Assembly: GCA_000934665.2 (NCBI GenBank)
Contig: JYFJ02000615.1
Coordinates: 62,001 to 119,905, forward strand
Length of the DNA: 57,905 nt
Source of the DNA: Catajapyx aquilonaris
Taxonomy: Eukaryota
Reading direction: 5' to 3'
Below the pieces are notes generated by a model. That model ran no database searches. It saw nothing but the letters and a program-made list of their open reading frames with translations, and had not been told where the DNA came from. Shown piece after piece: positions 1 to 12,526 of the stretch. The first letter of the stretch is position 1, and every line of letters starts with the position of its first letter. The position numbers and the translations under genes are program-made.

Positions 1-1479
1 CCTCCCCCTTCTTCTCCATACTGGAAAATGGATCTCCTTCACGACTCTTGCCTGCAGAGGATTGTCACGGAAGCTGCCTCGATTTCATTTTTTCTCTCTC
101 TCTTCGTCTTCAAACCCTACCTTTTTCTCTCTTGTGTCGTTGGGGGTCCGACTTTCAAGCAATGCAAACTCCTAATCCTGATGCAGAGAACTTTTGCGCG
201 GGGAATCTTAACATGAGAAGGCCATTAAAGTTTTTTTGGGAGCCGCAAAAAAAAGGTGGTCTAATCCGCTATGATAGGATTTGCACAAAAATATGCCCAG
301 GAAAAAAAACACACACAACCTCGCCAGATAGAACCAAGGACAGTTTTATACCTTTTGGTTCAAACTGTACGAAACTTTATGGTGCGTCCTAGTCATAAAT
401 CTTGCAAGACAGTTTTTCTCTCGAGGAAAAAGGCGCATCTCCGCTTTTAATATCCGCCCATTTTTTGAGAGAAGGTGGATGTCTCGCACCCAATTTTTTC
501 CCTCGGTATCAGCCCAACTTAACTGCGAGACCAAGTGCATTTTGCATAACCTAATTCCACGCAACGGGGGCTGCCCAACTTAATAATGCAACACGGCCAA
601 GATTCGATGAAAAAAACAGGATTATACCATTTTTTAAAATAAAAAAACGAAGGACGAACCAGATATGTCTACTAATTAACCCATCTGGAGACGGCCTTTG
701 GATATTGGTTTATCTGCGAACTATCGTCCTGCACTTTTCAGTGGAAGCCTCCAGCTCCATAGTTTATAGCCCGAGGAGCACTCGGACGTGGCCTTTTTCC
801 CCAGCAAAAAGCCCACATAATTCATCCGGGCCCGTGAGTTTTCCTGCCCCCTCCTGGCACAAAATGCCATGTAAGGTTCTGGTACAAAATAGGGGCCGCC
901 CTTTTTAGTAGCATTTTTTTTTTTGCAATGATGCGAAAAAAGTCGCCGGCAGGAAGCAAGGAGACAGATTAGTATCCGGGGCAGCAGAGGGGCCAATAGG
1001 TGAGGAATTACCTCAGGAACCCATTTTGTTCCGGAGGATTTGGAGGGTGATGGCGAAGCTTCTGAGACTTTGGCAGGTGCCCGCGGGAAAGGGGGGCTTC
1101 GAAGGAAGACACAAGAAATATCCTTTAATTACAGCCCGGAGGTTCCCCTAGGAAGATCTTAGGAAAAGCCCTATTCCGACTTATACGGGGGAAGAAGGCC
1201 CAGGTCCCCTTTATCTCCTGGAGTGATGTTCGGACTTATCCAGACATCCATTAAGAAATGGAGGGTGAAAAAAAAGAGACGAGTAGGCCTACTCCTTGCT
1301 TACAGTTGAAAGTCGTCAGAGGCGAAAAGGCTAGTCCCGGATAACCTATTTCCGGATCTAGGAGCTATCTTGTTGCAGTTTCAATGCGGGATTATCAGCC
1401 TGACTTTTAGAGAGAATTCGCGTTTGAGGATTTTACGATGATTACATGGCTGCTCTCAAAACCTTCAAGTAAATATGTA

Positions 1480-1619
1480 CAGTGCTGGACATTAATGGTG
1501 TCGTACTAGTGGCGTGGCGCCCTGAGAAGATGATGGCAAACTAGCGAATCTATAGTTAGATTTTTTGCCGCTATGGTTCGTGACGCCATCGGTACGACAT
1601 AATTAATGTCCAGGACTTG
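1480..1619. mobile_element. MITE family A, copy 1 (Tc1-like TIR)
   Basis: TA|CAGTGCTGGACATTAATGGTGTCGTAC at the left and degenerate complement GTACGACATAATTAATGTCCAGGACTTG at the right; homologous to 33899 and 54742. CAGTG termini with TA flanks are typical of Tc1/mariner. Confidence 0.8.
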
Positions 1620-1718
1620 TTATGTTCTTGTTTACTTCTTTAGAAATAGAAAACGAATTTTGATGATGGTATGAAATTAAGAACTTTCATGCATATATTT
1701 TCATTACGAATTTCATTG

Positions 1719-1803
1719 ATAATATTAAAATATTCTTCAATGCACAACCGAGTCCTGCGATTGGCCTACATATGGTTGTTACCGCGACGCTTCCATTGGC
1801 CCG
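1719..1803 (-). mobile_element. Family H, terminal portion, reverse orientation
   Basis: Reverse complement reads GGGCCAATGGAAGCGTCGCGGTAACAA...GGCCAATCGCAGG...ATTTTAATATTA, matching the right end of the 40540 copy. Confidence 0.55.
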
Positions 1804-3116
1804 CGTTCTACGCATGCTCGTCCCCTCTCCACCTCGGGTTCTAAATTACGGTGACCTCACAGCAGGGGCTGTAGGAACCAGCTCCCTGCCACTCGCACAT
1901 ATATTTTTAAAAATTAACAAAGCTCACCAGCTATGACGTCAGCGGCTGTGCAGGCAGATCGCAGCTCCATGACGTCATTAGTGCTGCATCCGACCACCAG
2001 GGTGCTGAATCCTTCCGCGCATGCGTCGCGCACCCGGCGTCCATCCCGGTTGACTCCGGTCACACTGAACTGCCCCAAATGCGGACACTGCCGCGATTCC
2101 GGGCTGGATGCTGAGAAAAGAAGAAAAAAAACAAACCCAATTTTTGATATACACGCATCAAGAAATGGGTCCAGCGAGATTTTCTTTTTTTTAAAAAAAG
2201 TTTTGGAAGCCCCAGCTCAGGCTGGCAGTAAACCGATCCAAAAAATTGAAAAACAGGTTTTGTGCAGTCGAGCCCGGAAACCCGCTGGAGCATCTTACAA
2301 TGGCAAAACGCGGTGTTGAAGCTCTTGAAAGCCCTTAAATCCGGTCCGGAAAGCCAGGCGGGCTGAAGCTTTTCCTCAAGCCTTGTCATGTCCAGTTTCA
2401 GTTCGATTCCCTGCACGTCAATCCTGGTCGACACGAACTTTTTTTAAGGGAGGGAAAAAAAAGAAGCAACTCCCACTCCCTATTCCCTGACCTCTAGGGC
2501 CAACGATTTTTTCGGAACCGAACTTAAGTTTATTTGCTGACTGACCCCACCTTTTTTTTCCCTCCTTGCTTCTTCTTGACCTACTAAAAGTCACGACAGT
2601 CCGATGGGGAAATAGTCCGAACAGAAAAAAACCCCTCGGACAGATGGTTTCTCTCACAGATTTCCCTTAGGTGGACCCTTTGAAAGTGAGTACACCAAAG
2701 TGATTATCTCTCTACCTGAGAAAATCTCAGAAAAAGCTTCCGAGACAAAAGGAGCGGAAACAATTTCGAGGGAGACGCAGATAGTGTGGCATGTAAATGC
2801 TATAGTGGGCTGGTTTAGCGAGGCCGTAAAAAGTAAGAAGCACACACAGGCCCATACACACTCGGAGCAAGTCGTTGCCAGCTCATTTTATGGGCAACCT
2901 TATAGTGCTCCTTGCGTGCGTCGGGCACTTGGAACGCATGAAAGGACGCCGCCATTCAGGCCCTCTCCTTTTCCTTGCTAAAGTGCCCAGGACCCACAAA
3001 AGAGATCCATCTCCCTCCAAATTAGCCTTGCACCCCCCTCTTCACCATCCTTCCCTAGCAGCACACACAGCTTCCCTCACCATCCTATCACTCCATTAAC
3101 ATCGCAGATTACTTAC

Positions 3117-3197
3117 TGACGAGGGTTACGAAGGGCAACGCAGTCTGGTTGAACAGGACTTGATGGCACGCGTCCTCAGGTCGTAACGCAAAGGTAC
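3117..3197 (-). CDS. Coding exon G (last visible) of the same gene (absent from ORF track)
   Basis: ttttttttccag|GT ACC TTT ... CTC GTC A|gtaagt; 81 nt, phase 1 to 1. Encodes TFALRPEDACHQVLFNQTALPFVTLV. The frame stays open, so the gene continues, probably beyond the window start. Confidence 0.87.
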
Positions 3198-3453
3198 CTG
3201 GAAAAAAAAGAGGGAGTCAAAGATCAGATCGTGTTAACAATGGTGTGAGAGTATCAAAAAATATTTTCAGGTTGGGATTTGGCCAGAGGGCCATGAAGAA
3301 ATGTGTTTGGCTTTGGCGCTTTTAAGCCGTCCATTTCCGATTCGGCAGTTATTTATTTGACGCTCCGAGTGGAAACAGAGTGTCGAATCTCTTCCTGCAC
3401 AGCCATGAATTACACTTCAGGATATACAGTGTACACAATAAAATGGTGCTTAC

Positions 3454-3518
3454 CAGTTTGAACTTCAATAACGTGGCCGTCGCGTCGGTAGAACATGGTG
3501 CAAACATATCCGCTTTGG
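3454..3518 (-). CDS. Coding exon F of the same gene
   Basis: tctttccag|C CAA AGC ... CAA ACT G|gtaag; 65 nt, phase 2 to 1. Completes a Cys codon from exon E and encodes QSGYVCTMFYRRDGHVIEVQT(G). Confidence 0.9.
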
Positions 3519-5661
3519 CTGGAAAGACAGAAATTGTGACTTACTATATAGCGCACATAGTCTATACACATGTTAATCGATGACATTGCCCGCCTATAGC
3601 AGACAGCTTTCCAATATGTAATTGATCTGGCCCAACACCAAAATGGCATCCATTAGCCAATATTAAAACCTGCAAATGCGATATTACACCCAGACAGCTT
3701 AGGCGATATCGATGTTTATCGGGCGTGTGCCATGATTCCATCCGATGCCAATATTCCTATAAAAGCGTATATTACAATGGCAACACCTTGGCGGGGCAGC
3801 AGGCCCAATAATTTCGGGAGGCGGAATGACCTCCCGTAGCCTAAAATTGCTACCATTTTCCTTTTGCGGAATAACACTCTCATTATGAGTAATGGCTTTT
3901 AATAATCAAATGGCGATTAATAGTCTAAACGCACGGGGCTGCATGGCCTGGAATTGCAAATAATTAGTCGCCCTGCAATAATTCGGGGGCGATCCTATAT
4001 CGAAGAGTCGAGTTGCAGTGACAGGAATGGACAATGGATAATTGGCACCCTCTCACCCTATAATTCCAATCGTTCTTCACAATAACGAGCGCAAGGTTAT
4101 TCATAGTAATTGCGATAATCATTGGGCGTCGGGCAGGTAATTTAATCGGATAATTGCAGTGGGTAGTTGTTGCACTGCGGGTGATAATGATGCGCATCAC
4201 GGGGGGAAAAAAAGTGAAGCATGTGTGGCGATAAGGGGCGGAGGCCTCGACACGTGATGCTGATGACATGCATAGGACCTGACACCCGGAGGGGCACGCC
4301 CAGCCCAAAAAGTCCGGCCCCGTCAAGACCCGGACAGAGTCGATCAATCGATTCAACCGTGCGGTCAACATGTGGCTTTGATTGGAGCTGAATCGACGTC
4401 ACGTGTCTCAACGACGTTTTCGACTTGGAGAATATAGAGTCCGAATTCGTGCTTTGACCTGGTAACTGTACCTTTATGTACATTGAGATTATGAGAAGCA
4501 AACCCCCTTTAAGATGGGCGTCATACTAGAGACGCCTCGAGCGAATAAACAGCATTAGCCTAGATTACGCGAAGAATCTGGCTGAAAATGAGCCTTGCAG
4601 TGCAAACACAGCTTTGTGATTAGACACCTTACAGCTGCTTGGACAACACTGTAGCGCCCATGCTTTAACACTACTAGTTAAAAATGGTGCCCAACGGGCG
4701 TACTAACCGCACGGCGCCGCGCGGCCTGCCAGGTAGCTCCATCTATCCTAAATCGACAACACTACAACCTTTTTTTCTCTCTCTCTCGTCATCCTTCCAT
4801 TATTTTTTCCCTCCTTTCTTTTTCTATTTTTATTTGGAAGAGGCTGGATGGAGAGAGTGTGTGGAGTTTTGGTACAGGCAATCACATCGGTGCGCAGCCG
4901 AGCGTCTCGAGCGAGATGGCAATTCCCCATTCCCTTCCGAGCAGGCCCTGTCCAGAGCAGATTTGGGCTTTGCCGGCGTGTCCCGAGCAAAACCTTCCCC
5001 CAGCTGACACTCCCAGCATGACTTTCCTCCGCTCGCCATTGCTCTTGCACAGGCCACCTTCTCCTTATTTATTATTTTTTTCTTCTTCTTCTAGTCCCCC
5101 TACCCACCCACCATCAGTTTACAAAAAAAAGAAGAAATCTGTACTGGGTCTGACAGCAACAGAAATGGCAACGTTTTCTTCGGAGTCAAAGAAGCTACAA
5201 GACGTATAGTATACGAAGGCAAGGATGCTTGCTTGCCTGTCTGCCTGCCGACTTCCAAATTAGGGCGTGTCCTATCCGGAGAAGTAGAGAGAGAGAGAGA
5301 CCTCCCCGCCTCTAAAATAAACCTACTTTGTCGGAATACTAAATAGTGCCGAGGGAAGAGAGGAACCCTGCAGCCAGGAAATTTGAAATGCCCCCGAGTT
5401 TGTTTCTCATCGCCGAGGTGCATTCAATTTTCGGAGCAGAAACGGCCACCTTCCACAAGCACATGATGGGCCAGCATCGAAGTGGCCCAAAAATTCTACA
5501 TATTTCGTCTATTTAAATAATTACCAATAAATATTAGGCTATTTATATTTATGCTATGCTTTTGTGTGATCAGAATATTCAGCACGCTTCAAAATACAGG
5601 CTTGGGGCACACTTTTTCACTTCCAATGCAATGCAGTGGGGTACAAATTTTACGATATAGA

Positions 5662-5732
5662 AGCCATATACTCATCAAGGTCACTCGCAATCGACATTGT
5701 CGATTGCGAGTGACCTTGATGAGTATATGGCT
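5662..5732. repeat. Perfect palindrome, 35-bp arms, 1-nt centre
   Basis: AGCCATATACTCATCAAGGTCACTCGCAATCGACA-T-TGTCGATTGCGAGTGACCTTGATGAGTATATGGCT; no mismatch. Confidence 0.97.
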
Positions 5733-5747
5733 CCAGATCAATTTTTT

Positions 5748-5900
5748 ACGAGCGCAACCGAGTACGTTCCCACACTTGCGCAAGTCCAACGTTGCCACAG
5801 AGGCCTCAGAGGCCAAATTCATGCCTATAGCATTTGTAAGGTTCAGAGCCTTTGACAACGTCTTAAAAGTGGCCCCTCTCAAGCGTAGTGTTGGAAACAA
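5748..5900 (+). repeat. Dispersed hairpin-type repeat, family F, copy 1
   Basis: Shares ACGAGCGxAACCxAGTxCGxxCCCACA at the left and TTCAGAGC...CAACGTC...CAAGCGTAGxGTTGGAAA at the right with 10736-10879. Confidence 0.55.
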
Positions 5901-7477
5901 TTTGCGCGAACTATGTTGCGCGCTGGGTTGAGCTCATAAGAAATTCATATTTATAGAAAATTATACTTGGGAATGAGGTTTGTAAAATTATCAAAATTAT
6001 ATGAAAAATCCCCGATTAATTACATTTCAACAACAACTTGTTTGTGTTGATACTTACTTGTTAGTAAATAAAGTCGTTGAAAAATAGTTTAAAACCATAT
6101 ACATCAACTCGAACTACTGTTGCTTACTAAAAAACTGTTAAATAAGCAGAAATTGTGTCCCTTTATTGTTGCAAAATGTGGCTCCTATATGGCTGATGAG
6201 GAATATAATATTGACGAACCCAGCCTATCTAAATTCAATTGGAGCGATAGCACACATGCTGTATATTTAACAGTGAGCAATCGGCGATGGAGGCCAACAC
6301 TTTCTGTTTGATCTCTTTTAACATTTAATAACGTTATTGGTGTAACTCGAGCGATTAAATTTTAAAGTTAATGAGGCCCCGCGCGTTTGGGCAGATTGCA
6401 TGCGAGGCGCTACGTGCTGGCTAGAGCTAGATCAGAGCTGACACCGCGATTAAAATAATTGGCCACGTAGCTGCATCTTTGCAATTAATTCATTAGTCCT
6501 GGCCGTAGAAACGGAGCTGATACCATACTAATTTGTACAAGCCACAACCCAATTCCAGTATATATCACGCGGAGGATAGTTTAAACGTCTTTACATATAC
6601 AGCTCGTAAAATTAGCAGCTAATTTTAAACAGCATATGTTAGCAGTTAAGAGTTGTAGCAGTTACATTTAATGCACTTTAATCAAGACGTGCAATACAAC
6701 GTGCGATAATTACGAGATAATTATCTCAACCGGTGGTAAAGGATTCGGTTTGATAACAGCTAATAGCCCCCCATGAATATTTAAATGCTGGTTATTTCCC
6801 TGTGGACCTATAGACGAACAATGTAATTGGGAAGTTTCTTGGCTGATTAGAAACCCGCGTACCTTGCAAAAATATCAATCTGTGCCTTGGCCTCTTTTCT
6901 TAACGACCTGCTGTTCATTCAGACCGACAGCAATATCAGCCTTGATGAGCAAGATTTTCCGCCGTGTTTACCACCCCGGGAATAAAAGTGGGCCACTGCT
7001 AAGTGAGGGGGGGCGTTTGCAAGCAAATGACTTTGATCTGGAGACGTCGACGGGAGGGGAGGGTTTCGCCACAAACACCTCTTTTCCTGGCTGAAAGCGG
7101 CCTCATCAGCAAGCGTTATCAGGACGAGTATCATCCGAATCTTTGGCCCAACTAATCGGGGGGGCTGCCTAATGGCTATTACGCTAGGGGTTGTAGAGGG
7201 GTGGAAAGGGGGTGGTGATGACCCGCTTAGCACCATATTTTGGTCCCTCGGGGCTTTTGGGCCAAATGTTCAACCAGCCTTCTGCTTCACCCCCACCCTC
7301 CCTCAGCACCATAGCAACCAGGGGTATGCAAATGAGTGCTCATTATCTCCAGACAAGGTGCGATATTCCAGGATTAACGTGGCCGCCGTTTCTTGTATTA
7401 ACTCATCAATACGCGTAAGATGCAGCAATTAATGTTCTTAATACGTAGTAATGGTCTCAATAGGTACTGCATTTTTT

Positions 7478-7646
7478 AAAATATGTAAAATTTACCGTAA
7501 AATACTGAGCAAGTAAATTGTACAAAACTATACCGTAAATCAATGCCGTACAAAATGAACAAAAATATTCTGTACAAAATGCACATAAATATTCTGTACA
7601 ATTGTCTATAAATAATGTGTACTGTACAATTGTGTCCAAAATATAA
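7478..7646. repeat. Degenerate AT-rich minisatellite (about 24-bp period)
   Basis: AAATATTCTGTACAA at 7563 and 7587, with further decayed TGTACAAAA-type units on both sides. Confidence 0.7.
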
Positions 7647-7713
7647 TTATGCAGTATACTGTACATTTTCTAATGAATATTATTCATTAGAAAATGTACA
7701 GTATACTGCATAA
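7647..7713. repeat. Perfect palindrome, 33-bp arms, 1-nt centre
   Basis: TTATGCAGTATACTGTACATTTTCTAATGAATA-T-TATTCATTAGAAAATGTACAGTATACTGCATAA; no mismatch. Confidence 0.97.
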
Positions 7714-8527
7714 GAATATTGTGCAAAATGCCGAATTAAAAAAAAAATCTCGAACATATTCACATTCTAATGGTTGTCGAAATATTATGCTATAGTTGAT
7801 TGTTATTTTAAATGTGAAAAATGTTTTAAAATATTAACAGCTGCTGGAGCTATTAACGGGCCTCATTCAACGTGACCTGTTTTCTCTCTGGACAACAATG
7901 AGCTGGGGCTATGCATCGCTGTTGACGTCGAAATAAGCGTAAATATTGGTTCGCAAAAACCGCATAATAACATTCCCCTACAGCACTGTTATTATGCTCG
8001 TATGCTATTTAAAAAAATGGAGGACAAATATGTTCCGCCCCACTTTTTTTTTTCCAGCCATGCAATTCGGCAACTGCATGCACGTTCCATTAGCGCATAA
8101 TAAACTCACTGCCCAAATTTTTATGCCTGACTAATAACCTGTGTATTACTTATATGCACACTGTTATGGAGAACCCCCCCTCCCACTGAAACATGAAATA
8201 ATAATTTCAAAAACAAGGGCTCCGGTTGGTTCAATATTGGAATTTAGAGGGCACAGTGCATGACGTTCATAACAGCATGAATTTGATAAAGAATGAAACC
8301 CAGGCAGTTGACGTTTTACTCCCGCACGGGACATCAAATAAAAAGCCCTTGTAAATAACGCACAATGAAGCATGGAATCATACGCAATTACACGCCTCTC
8401 TTTCTCTGTGTTTTTTAACAAAATGCTGTGCATTCGACGCAGGTCTTATAAGCACGGGCCATAAAAAAAATACCCGGGGCACATCTCAGCTCCGAAAAAC
8501 ATCGATCGACACGTTACTCGCACTGTA

Positions 8528-8810
8528 CAGGGTGCTTCTTAGCAATACTTAATGTTGTATGATATGGTTCTGTGTACTTGAGCATGTACCACATGGACTG
8601 AAATAGTAGCCTGAAGAGCTGAACTTTTCAATTTTGCTAATACAATGGGTGCAAGAAGGATGGACCAGTTTCCTGTTTACGCTCCAACAAGCGATTGTTC
8701 TTTGTGGACACTTCACTTTCGTCTGAAAAGGAGGTTTTCCTGCACTGTCTTCTTCAGCTGGGTGGATACAATAAGACAGGATACAGTTGTCCCTGTTTCT
8801 GCCACGTCTC
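8528..8810 (-). pseudogene. Possible heavily decayed Tc1/mariner transposase remnant
   Basis: TA|CAGGGTG terminus at 8528. The minus strand reads RKTSFSDES (FSDES at 8729-8715), resembling the first catalytic Asp motif; frameshifted, with stops. Confidence 0.3.
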
Positions 8811-9935
8811 ATTACGCCAGCAAAAAAAAAATGCAATTAAAGTTGCAACCGCGGATATTTCCAAGGCCCTTTTGGCAATATATACCATAAACTCTGGAGA
8901 GAGAGAAAAAAGGAAAGAATCGCTCGGGTTTCCAACTGTCCAACTCTCTCCGTTTCACTGCCAAAACATTTTTCCCCCCACTGTCCTGTGCGTCTCTTTT
9001 CTACCGTTAAATTAAGTGAAAGCTTTGTCGTGTACAATTTCAAGTGCACTTGCAGAGCTGGTTCCAATATGAGACCAGGTGAAACTAGGCTCATAAGGGG
9101 ATTAACCTTTGGCTCTTTTCTTCCTTTCTCTCCTGTGAGGTAAACATCTGCGCAAAAAAAATAATATTAGATTTGGAGAAATTCTCTCCCGCCAAAATAC
9201 GTGCGGGTCTTAGCAATGGGCAAATAACCACGTGTATTAAAGCGGCGGCGACGGATAAAATCAGGCAGTTAGTCCCTTCATGCCCATTAGCAGCTCATCG
9301 ACGTCGACTTAATGGAGTTCCGCCTTCCATTTGCATTCGCAGAGAGAAAACCCAGGCGAGGGGGAGACAAGAGGGGTGGGAAACTCCACGAATTCATAGA
9401 GGACTAACGCTCCCAAGGCTACCCGTGCAATTTCACCTGAAAGCTCAGTCGAATTTAGCCTCCGGGGAGCTTTTATGGGCGGTAATGTTGGGAAGGTGCT
9501 GTAATTTTAAGGGGGAGGTTAGAAGGGGAGGGGGGGGGGCAAGCAGGCGAGATGTGGGTGATTGTTAAGAGAATGTTGACGCAGTTCTTAATTTGGCTTC
9601 AGCCCCACCACCATGCGCTAATCTTATCACTCCCGGATTTAATATAAAAGCTTAATATGGTAATTGTCCGTAATTGCTTGTGGACATGGGCTCTCTCTGA
9701 GCGGTATCTAAGAGATTAGTGGTCAGGCTTGTGTGTATACTCCTTTGGCATTTTTAGAAAACCAGGATAGCTTACTTAATGCCAGCCAGGATAAGAAGGT
9801 GGTTTTGGTTAGGTAAATGTTTTATGCATAGCTTCCCGTTTCTGAAATCATGGTTTACGGTTGTATGCACATAACTTATAGAGTACATTATGTATAGGTA
9901 TCCATAAAACACATTCAGCCATAATTATAAATATC

Positions 9936-10070
9936 ACTTAGAAAAACCCTCGGTACGCTCGCATTTTTAAAGGCCTGCGGTCTACAGTGGACACAGTATT
10001 TTAATCGATTCGAACTTATAGCCAATCAGAAGGCATAACCATACAACGAAGAAATTTAATATTATAGATA
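9936..10070 (+). mobile_element. Family H, internally deleted copy
   Basis: ACTTAGAAAAACCCTCGGTACGCTCGCATTTTTAAAGGCCTGCGGT ... GCCAATCAGAAGGC ... TTTAATATTATAGAT; both ends match 40540-40828. Confidence 0.55.
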
Positions 10071-10735
10071 CTTATTTTAAAAAGCAGCAACACCTGATTC
10101 CAAGACTTACTTCAATGTTTAATATGAGTATCCTGAAAAATTTAAAGCTACATGTACAAGAGTAGTGAAATCCAGCCTAAAATTGCAAGTGCTACGTGTT
10201 AAAACAGGCGGGTACTGTAACTCGCACTGTTTTCAGTTTGAATAAAATATCCTGCTAAATCGCGCGCTCGTGTTGTTTTCTTCCGTGTTTTTTTTTTAAG
10301 TGTATGATGTTGCAATGCTGTAATTTCCGCCCTTGTTGTGCTGGAGGCATGTGCAGGAGCACAAAAAGTTATGCAACGTGATAATTAGGCCGGCTCAGGA
10401 AACACAGCAAAGTTATTGCTTTCACAAGTGCAGCGTAAGCATCTCATTACGCCAAAGAAGCATTACAGCAACTCCCTCTTCTGCGACATTAAAAATTCAC
10501 CGCACTGTACAAGGCCTCGGCAGGTCATAATTAAATTAACGCGCAATTACCATGAGCCGCCACCTCCATAATGTACTGTACACATAGCATGTACAGTGTG
10601 CTACAATTGAATCAGTCAGTACCAGTTACCCCTTTTGGGCACTCAGCTGCTTATAATATTAAGCAGTGATTCCAAACAACTACTTTTTGTTGTTATAAAA
10701 ATTACCTGCTATATAGTACAGTATTTGAACTTGTA

Positions 10736-10879
10736 ACGAGCGAAACCAAGTGCGCACCCACATTCTCGAAGCTCTATTGTTATGCCAACAATGCTGCCCG
10801 AGTTACTCCTCAAGCTCCCGTAACCTCTGAGGCTCGTTTCAGAGCTTTGGCAACGTCGCAAGCGTAGCGTTGGAAATAA
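10736..10879 (+). repeat. Dispersed repeat, family F, copy 2
   Basis: Same terminal blocks as 5748-5900 in the same order; the middle has diverged. Confidence 0.55.
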
Positions 10880-12191
10880 GCGTGATTTTAACTGAATGAA
10901 GTACTATCCTTTAGGTGTTTTGTGGGTTCACCCATTATTGCATAGAACAGTCCAATTATTATCATTGATAATGCCAACCATGTATACTGCGCGAACTGTG
11001 ATGCGCACTCAGTTGCGTTCGTAAAAAAAAAGCCACCTCTAATACGTATTACACCCAACTTGTCCATTTCAGCTAGAACACATTGTGCGAGTATATACAC
11101 ATTTCCTCTCTGCTGGGAACAGCCGCTAATTTTGACATCCCTGCAAATAATTATGGCACCATCAAATCACGCAATCCAATTTGGACCACGAGTTTGTCCA
11201 AAGTTGCGCCTCAGCCATGACCATTGGCCCCGAGGCGAAACTTTTTTTTTTGGGGGGGGGAGGGGGGGAGAGAACACCCCCATGGTATAACTTGGAAGGT
11301 TACCTCACGCACCACCTCTTAACATGTCTAATTGGATTTTCTTCCCCGGGACTTCCATGTGTCTAGGCTCCTTTTCTGTGCCTGTCCCCTTTTTTTTTTT
11401 CTTCTTCTTCTTCTTCTTCTTTTACTTCGGCGGCTCCGGAAAGCGAGCAGACAGCTCTCCTATTGGCCGCTGTCCGGATCGTAATTGGTTACGGGAGCCC
11501 GTTTGCGGAGACGCCACCGGAGAATAATAAGGCCTAGTGGCCACTACAGGCCTTAAGACTATTGGGTTACAGACCCTCCTCCTCATTACTGCCTGGCTTT
11601 TCTTGGCAAGATGTGTTTGGATTTGGAGAAGACGCACCTCTTCGCTTTTCCTCAAGAGTCTCATTAGAGTTTAGGGTGGGTGGTGGTAGGTGATCGATGC
11701 GGAAACAGCACGCAAATCCCGAAATTAAACAAGATAATCCGTCACTTTGATAATGAAGGCAACAAACCGGCGGGCGATTAATTCCTTGGGTAACCTCCTC
11801 CCGAGTGCAATTAGTTCGGGGGGTGGGGGTGGGGGGAGGGTTTCGGCCCCATAATTTGCGCTGGTGAAGAGTAATAATGGTTGGCGTAAAAAAAAATCGT
11901 TCCTGCGATTGGGTCTCGCGGATATTTTTTTTTGCAGGTTGATTAACTACCGTTGGATTTTTTTTCGCATTAGTTTTCTCACGTGGCTGCGATGCAAATC
12001 AAAGGTCTGGGTTTTTCCAGGCTGAAACCCATTCGCTAATCATCAATCAAAGGTGAATCCGTATAGCAGCACATATCATAATTAAATAGAAGTCAGTCCT
12101 ACCTTGCACTAATTATTATCTAGGATTCTAGGTTCATGTAAATGCAATTTTCGCTGTACTTCACAGTAACATACCTTGTAGGCCTACAGTA

Positions 12192-12409
12192 TAGTTGACT
12201 CCGGATATAACAGCCTCGGTTATAACTGACTTTCGGTCGCATTTTTGTGGATAGTTTTATTTTAAAATGCAGTAGTGTGCGTTATAAGCATATGGAAAGC
12301 AGAAAACTTGTGTATTCGTTGCAAAAGTGGCGATTTGGCTAGAACATACCTCGGTTATAACAGACTTCTTACGCTGTCCTTTGAAGTCTGATATATCCGG
12401 AGTGAAGTG
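12192..12409. mobile_element. pogo/Tigger-like MITE
   Basis: TA|TAGTTGACTCCGGATATAACAG ... CTGATATATCCGGAGTGAAGTG|TA, with the subterminal motif CCTCGGTTATAAC repeated twice internally. Confidence 0.7.
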
Positions 12410-12483
12410 TAATGCACAACGAGCAATATTTACCGTTCTGGCTGTCTCCGGAAAAGTGGCAGCCAATCGTGAAGCTCAGGACG

Positions 12484-12526
12484 TGACCCAGGAATATCGA
12501 TATAATATATCGATATTCATGGGTCA
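12484..12526. repeat. Near-perfect palindrome, 21-bp arms, 1-nt centre
   Basis: TGACCCAGGAATATCGATATA-A-TATATCGATATTCATGGGTCA; one mismatch. Confidence 0.93.

Noticed and set aside
1..3114. Search for the exon following exon G
   Set aside because: No phase-1 acceptor followed by a family-like Cys-Pro segment was found by eye.
5551..5931. Opposite-strand ORFs sharing SHILIKVTRNRxCRLRVTLMSIWL
   Set aside because: The shared peptide is simply the translation of the perfect DNA palindrome.
5580..6419. Possible hAT-like element bounded by CAGCACG...CGTGCTG
   Set aside because: Only 7 bp of terminal complementarity and no 8-bp target-site duplication.
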